From NCBI GenBank assembly GCA_965235115.1, contig OZ249436.1, forward strand, positions 18,912,001 through 18,976,000: DNA of 64,000 bases. The letters are read 5' to 3'. The notes under the pieces are model-generated. The model saw nothing but the letters and a program-made list of their open reading frames with translations. It was not told the DNA's origin and did not search any database. How positions within the stretch are numbered: position 1 is the first letter of the stretch; each line of letters begins with the position of its first letter. The translations under genes were made by a program, and so were the position numbers. The stretch comes from Laetmonice hystrix (lineage: Eukaryota). Of this stretch, positions 57,747 to 64,000 are shown piece after piece.

Positions 57747-60700
57747 TCATTGTAGTCCTATCAACTTCTCTGCAGGAGTATAGCGCCAGTCATCTTCAGC
57801 TATCACGGTCTGAAGTTGTCGGAGCTGCTTCAATCTTTCCTCATGCAGGTCTGTAAAACATGAGTTTATGATAAAAACCTTAAAAATAAAATTATTGAAA
57901 CTCCCCTAGCATCACTTAAAACACTGGTAGAAAGAATCTTTAAAGGTCACACCTGAAATCATCACCATATTCCCACAGCAACATCAATGTTCACGGCTGT
58001 ATGCCAGGTAGTCCGAGAACTTCTAATCTTAACGCACCGGAGTGGGATAAAGCATCTTGATCTATATCCCAGGGACATCATATAGTCATGTATTAGGTTG
58101 TATAAAATTCATATCCATGAAAATATTGTTGTACTTGTAGTCTTGACCACTTATTGTGGATTCAAATTTGGGAGTTTCTCAAGTTAATGACCAAGATGTA
58201 CCGGCAAAATTTGGCATACCTTTTTGCATACAAAGGAGGGCTGCCTCAACATCATGTTCAACTTGGAGACGGTTAGTTAGTGCTTCTGTGAATTCTGAAA
58301 TTAAGAAACAATATTGAAACAGTACAATCAACAAGGACACTTGCCATGATTTGGGGAGGTTGGTTATTGCCAAATACCAGGTGCGTAGCTTCCATTAGGC
58401 ACTGTAGGCACGTGCCTACACCTTTTTCCCAGAAATGAAAAAATAAAAATGAAAAAAAGAAAGAAGAGATGGCAGTTAGGCCCTACAGGGACTGTAAGTC
58501 TCGTGCCGCAAATATTACTTCTGGTGACACCCTATTATTGCCTAGCATAGGCACAGATAGGGAATCTCTATTCAACCCATGACTATGCTTGCTGGGGTAA
58601 TTATTTTGATCAGAAAGGAGGTGGAGACTGTGAAACAGAATGTAGCAAAGGCTTAGAAAAATTTTAGGTGCCCTAACAAACTCTTAGATATTTTGAAATC
58701 GATTAATTAAAATTAAAATCGAGAGACCCAAACAGGAACAATGAACAATAGTGCTACGTCACAATGGGGCATGATGGAATGTGATCACAGTAGAAATTAA
58801 AAATAGCTGCTAAAAATCTTTTTTAATGCTCCTTACTCTGATAGACCCAGTCAAATTCCGTGAACCTTGCCAGGAAATTCCGTTTTGAAAATGAAAAATT
58901 CCTTTTTTCCGCTTGAATTTTAAAAATTCCGGTTTTTTTTTCCGTTTCAGTATTTTCTAAGTATACAGGGTGTCCCACAAAAATGCACAACCATATCTGC
59001 ACACCTGTCACATTTGTGAGTCCAGTCTGTTCACTCTAAGAAGAGCTCGAGCATATTCATGACCCTCCCAGTGGGTGTATTAATTTTAAAGGCTGCGGGC
59101 CGCAACGGCTGCCCACGGGAGGAGGGGGCAGGTCACAGCTTTTAATGAGGCCAAGGTCGAGCTCTAAACTGCTGGGCCTCCTTCCCTTCCCACTCTGCCA
59201 GGCCAACCTAGGTCCCAGCTACACTGTTTACGGTCGGCTGGGGAATCACCAGTAGTAAAAAAGGCGTTTATTGTTTTTTTCCGTTTTACACTGGAAATTC
59301 CGTGATCGCAGAAATTGACTGACTCTACTCTGACCACTGGCGTTTTTATTGTACCTCAAAATCATACCCGGATTGACAGCCATGTGCTAACACAGAATCA
59401 TCCAGACCCCCCCCCCCCCCCTGCCCCATGCAAAAAGTGCCTACACGTTTATTTCAGCCAAGATACGCCCCTGCCCCTGCATATGCAATTATATTAAAGG
59501 GATTATCTCACCCACCGGATAGGCCGGAATTTGGGAACCTCCTTTCATATTGATTCTGTTAACACCTCCTATGAGTAGATAGCTGTGAAATTATCCCTGG
59601 TGGTGGAAAAATGACAAAAACTAGCTGGAAATCCCGGGGGGGGGGGGGGCAGCTGCCCCCCTCCCCTGCAGGCTACGGCCCTGACTAGTGAATGCCGGGT
59701 GGGAATAAAAATCAAAACCTGTATGTGTTATGACTCATCCACCTTTTTGTCTGCATTACACATGCACAAATTGTTGTTTAGAAAAATGTGTTTTTACAGG
59801 GGGGGGGGGGGGTGTTCGCCACTGTCACTATGGCACACTTTAAAATGATCCGGGCGCACTGAACTAAATCCGGGCGCATTGGACAGAGGGCCTCTGCACC
59901 CAGAGGGCGCACTCTAACCCTATGCCGGCGACGTTTGTTATGTCACAGAGGCTGACCCAGTTTTGTGCACCACCCCACGTGGGCGAGCCATTTTGGATTT
60001 TTGTCTCGAAAAACGTGATTTTTGGACACATAAATGTCTAAAAGACAATAGCAATCAATGTAATATCTAAGGGGGAGGAGTTAGTACAGCTACTCGACAA
60101 TTGTAGTTGGGTGATTGACAGTCTTTGTATCAATGGGCCGGATTTACGTGGAGTGGTCGGAGTAGACACAAAAGTGCCTCAAGGCATCGTCCGGCCTGGG
60201 GCGGTAATGCCTCAAGGCATCATCCGCCCTGGCACGGTAATGCCTCAAGGCATCGTTCGCCCTGAAAGGGTTAAATGACAAGGAAGGTCTATAATGTTGG
60301 CCTAAATCACTAGATGCCTACATGTAACGTTAATTGCTAACTTGTTTATTAAATCCAACTCAGCGGAATTTAGTGACTGAATGAAGCGATGCATAGGCCC
60401 GGCAAGAAAGCCACGACGCCCGGGTGTCGGCGGGCCCTCTCTCCGGCTTCGCGGTGCTGCAGCGGGCCCCTGGGTGTCGCATGGGTGGCAGGGTGGGGGT
60501 CCGGTGTCAGGGTGGGGGCCGGCTGAACTCAACATCACACCTCCGTGTGTGTGCCGTGTATGGCTGCCTCTGTGGGTCAGTGGACCGTCACGGTCGGCAC
60601 TGCAACTTCACGGCCTCCGTCATGCTTTTATATTGCTGTATAATTTACCATAACTATCTATAGATTACTAATGGTAATATTTAAAGTACTTAAAGTACTC

Positions 60701-61161
60701 AGGCATATCTGATATAAAATGTCTTCCGCAAACGGATTTCGGTTGCCAGTGCTTGCGCTTCATAAAGTTCATTGCATTAAACTTCAGCCAGCGATCTCTT
60801 TGTTTTTTTTCTCTTGACTTAGAATGCGATGGAACGACACATTTCCATTGATACAGCAACTAGGACACCCAACAGCAATGTAAAGATATCTTTGGTAAAG
60901 ATATCTTTTGATATTGAAACGCACCCCTGGCAGTAGCAGGGACCTGTTAGTGTTGTAGCTAGTAGCCTACTCGAAAATCGCTCATATTATCGCCCAGCCC
61001 TAAACTGCAATTTTTTGTCAAAGGCAGAACTGCCTCATCGCTCTGGTAACACTAACACACACGGACCCTGGTGAAAACTTACCTAGCTTCTGTATCTCGG
61101 GTGATCGATACAATATTTTCCTGATGACTGAAATATCAGGCGGAGGACTCACAGAAGCCAT
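57747..61161 (-). CDS. ANAPC16: anaphase-promoting complex subunit 16-like, 85 aa
   Basis: Exons 61161-61083, 58294-58220, 57850-57747 give MASVSPPPDISVIRKILYRSPEIQKL-EFTEALTNRLQVEHDVEAALLCMQK-DLHEERLKQLRQLQTVIAEDDWRYTPAEKLIGLQ*. This matches the APC16 RKALF and EADEWRFKPIEQLLG motifs. Absent from the ORF track. Confidence 0.85.
59918..60270. mobile_element. piggyBac-like non-autonomous element with 33-bp subterminal repeats
   Basis: CTAA-CCCT...AGGG-TTAA ends. Three repeats containing the palindrome TGCCTCAAGGCA at ~60176, 60208 and 60241. Confidence 0.5.
60700..60913 (-). pseudogene. frameshifted THAP zinc-finger remnant (transposon-derived)
   Basis: One frame reads IAVGCPSCCINGNVSFHRI, then shifts to RDRWL..KRKHWQPKSVCGRHFIS. 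This is the C2CH THAP signature order. Confidence 0.7.
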
Positions 61162-61164
61162 TCT

Positions 61165-61310
61165 GTTTAGGCCTAGGTCTAGACAGACTGATGTGTGATG
61201 TAGTGCCTTGATTATCCGCCAGGTGGAGTAGGTTCATTTATAATTTACTCCGCTAGGTGTCTTCACATGGTTACTTCCGGAAAGACGTGAGGATGTTTGG
61301 ATGAGAGGTT
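61165..61310. promoter_or_regulatory. putative bidirectional promoter ANAPC16/ZDHHC6
   Basis: Divergent genes. ETS-like ACTTCCGGAA at ~61273. Candidate non-coding exon donor AG|GTTAGG at ~61307, with acceptor at 62313-62314. Confidence 0.5.
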
Positions 61311-62432
61311 AGGAAAAGTTTCAGTAAATTAAAGCATTAAAAACTTTCTGAGATACTTAGAGGGCTAACTGTGGCGTTACGATATTCTCGAAGACTTAAC
61401 CATATTACCTTAATTTAGGGCTAAACCAAAGCAATCATTGGTTACCAGCAAGTCATAGTGAGCGGTGGGCACCGGGCAATCGGCATTCCCACTCAGTCAC
61501 TGCCACTGGTTTAGCTACCCCGCCCTAACGTTGTCGTTAGCCAACTCTGTCTTTGTGTGTGTGTGTGTATTCCGTCTAGTTTACCCCTAACTAAGTTACG
61601 TCTATGGTTAGTGCTGAGATCGGTTGATGTTAATCCTGAACTGGTTGAAGTGAAGTCTACTTATATATTATATTCATAAATAAGATAATTGTAAACTCAA
61701 CTCCCCATGCCATGCCCATGCCCATTTTATGGTGAAAAATATATATGCAATCACCTCGGAAAAAATACAGAATCTGGAAAAAGAATTGTTTTAAAATCGG
61801 GATATTTTTCAGTACAGTGTGGTAGGTATGTTACATTTCAGTCCTAGACCGTGAAGAAAGTATACATTTGATATTATTTGCTGTATTTCTTTTGCGTGAA
61901 ACGAGACATGGAAGTGCGCCTGAATTTGCCATATTTTCAGGGGGGTGCAAAAACCCCATACTACAAAAATAAGCATGGAAGCATATAATTTTTTTGGTGA
62001 TTGTGTCATGCTTACATGGTAATAAATTGAAAAAAACTCAAAAAATGTCAAAGTTTACTACTGAAATTTTACGGTCCCCCTCCCCCTTAAGATGTGTTTT
62101 GAGTCAGCAACCTGGAATTGTATATATGATTCAAAAAACGAATCGGGCCCAACAACTGTTGTGTAGTGTGCATGTGTCAGTCTTTAATCAGGAATCGGGA
62201 AAAATAGCAACTCAACTGTCGCGTCTTAGCAAGTCGTGTAATGTGCACCGGGCATGAGTGTGCCTCTGTCTGTAAAGATATACAATGACAATGTTTTCTG
62301 TTTTTCACTTTCAGACTCAGAGTTGATGCACATTTGGTGAGAGTCTTGAACACCTCAAGACCAGTCTGATCAAGGCAGAAAGAGAGAATATCTGCTTCTC
62401 AAGTATTAACTAAGTCTCAACAACATATCAAA

Positions 62433-63671
62433 ATGGGAGGCCACCAAGTGTCCCATGTACGTCGACTGCTGCACTGGGGCCCAATCCTGGCCCTGACTGT
62501 GATAACTGTGATATCAATCTGTGGCATCACGTGTTCTCTACAGTGGTGGCCCGTCACTACCATTGGAGGATTCCTTAACATGACGGTCTATCTCGTCTGG
62601 AATGTGACGACGCTGTACAACTTCTTCAATGCTGCATTTGTTGGCCCTGGACATGTACCTGAAGGATGGAAACCTGTGAGTCTATGGCTAGATTTCTCTT
62701 CATGGTGTAAATGATTGATGGGCTGATATCTGGACTGTTTGGAGGTCTGGCTGATAATCAAGATAAATAATTAATTGATGTCCTTATATCTGGACTTTTT
62801 TTGGTCTGGTCGATAATCACGATAAATAATTGATTAAGGTCATGTGTGGCACCTATCAAATCTCCCACCATATCTCGCCATGGTAACCAATGTATCCAAC
62901 CCAAACCCATTACATATCAATATAATGCATTTCAATAAAAAGAACAAGTAGTTTTGATTTAAAAAATGTTAAGATATCTATATGTCACTGCGGTTACTTT
63001 TTTGTTTATGAAATGATACATTCTCTGAGCCATATACTCGACAGAATTGCAGCTTGATTTTTTTCAAGCCTAGGTTTATGGCCAATAATACCTGCATGGT
63101 AATACCAGCATGGTAACTTATGGATATTTTTCCCTTTTTAAAATCAGAGACACATACATAATATTGATATGTAATGGGGTTGACTTAGTGTAGCACATGA
63201 CCTTAATGTCCTTATATCTGGACTTTTTTTGGTATGGTCAATAATGAAGGTAAATAATTGATTGATGTCCCAGGGGTCGAAAAATCCAACTTTTGGCCAC
63301 TAGCCCAGAGTCATAGTGGGCAAAAAGGGCATGTCTGTCGGACTAGTTTAATGCATTTGCTTGGCTCTTGGGGGTAGTCCGACCTGAAGAAACGCTCTAG
63401 TCCCGGGCCTCGGACTAGATTCTTTGACCCCTGCGTCCTGATATCTGGACTTTTTGTCGGTCTGTTCAACAACCGAGACAAATTTCCGGAAAATTATCCT
63501 CATAAACCTTAGTTAAGGCTCGGAGATCCTTTTTACAACTTGAGTGTTTCATATTGCTGTTTTACATATTTCCTTGCAGGAAGATCAAGAAGATTTGCAG
63601 CGTGTCCAATATTGCATGTATTGCAAAGGGTACAAGGCTCCAAGGTCACACCACTGTAGGAAATGTAACAG
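62433..63671 (+). CDS. ZDHHC6: palmitoyltransferase ZDHHC6, 3'-partial (exons 62433-62675, 63580-63671)
   Basis: RLLHWGPILAL, WWP..T.GG..N, LYNFFNAAFVGPGHVPEGWKP, QYCMYCKGYKAPRSHHCRKCNR. Continues beyond the window. Confidence 0.93.
62838..63202. mobile_element. TIR element with TTAA TSD (Kolobok-like GG ends)
   Basis: TTAA-GGTCATGTG...CACATGACC-TTAA. Confidence 0.75.
63271..63433. mobile_element. CAGGGG-ended MITE, imperfect 5-bp TSD
   Basis: CAGGGGTCGAAAAATC/GATTCTTTGACCCCTG with flanks TGTCC and CGTCC. Confidence 0.7.
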
Positions 63672-64000
63672 GTAACAAGCCTAATTTGAGATTGTTTGTT
63701 GTCCCAAGTTACATAATTACTGTCCTAGTTTATAGATTAGGTGACAATAAAGTTGCTGATCGTCCCTGCCTGACCATTAAAAAAGGCCCTCAGACAGATT
63801 TTAAAAAAAGTTGTATTTGAAAAATATGTGCCAAAAATGCAAGAAACATGCACCAGAATGACTTTATCAGTTTATGAGCATGGTTTTGGACTGCCAAAAA
63901 ATTATTATAAAATTTCAAAAGCAAGTTATACTGCAACAGTTGTTGAGCCGTGAAGGCCAATGTTGAAGCAAAGAAGATTATGGGCAGGGAATTTGTAATG

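Overview
Eukaryotic (metazoan, invertebrate-like) genomic DNA with spliced genes, not a prokaryotic locus. Exon models were built by hand from GT-AG sites and frame. Recognisable genes, in order: an AAK1/BMP2K-type NAK kinase (+, 5' end upstream of the window), COX10 (-), RPP21 (+), a MADF-BESS gene (+), ANAPC16 (-) and the 5' part of ZDHHC6 (+). Between the kinase and COX10 lie three genes I cannot name. One is a single-coding-exon ~617-aa protein with an EEPD1/ComEA-type tandem helix-hairpin-helix domain but no nuclease domain. The other two are a head-to-head pair of 3-exon, Pro/Trp/Tyr-rich small proteins (163 and 176 aa) that share an X-box-like promoter and look like candidate ciliary or sperm microtubule proteins. 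Non-coding DNA is dense in MITEs, including a head-to-tail dimer sharing a CAG target site and a CAG-ended family with 5-6 bp TSDs. It also holds TIR or tandem elements with tRNA-like Pol III boxes, a ~250-bp inverted duplication, and an 89-bp hairpin-forming tandem array downstream of the kinase stop codon. No databases or folding programs were run. Family assignments come from remembered motifs.
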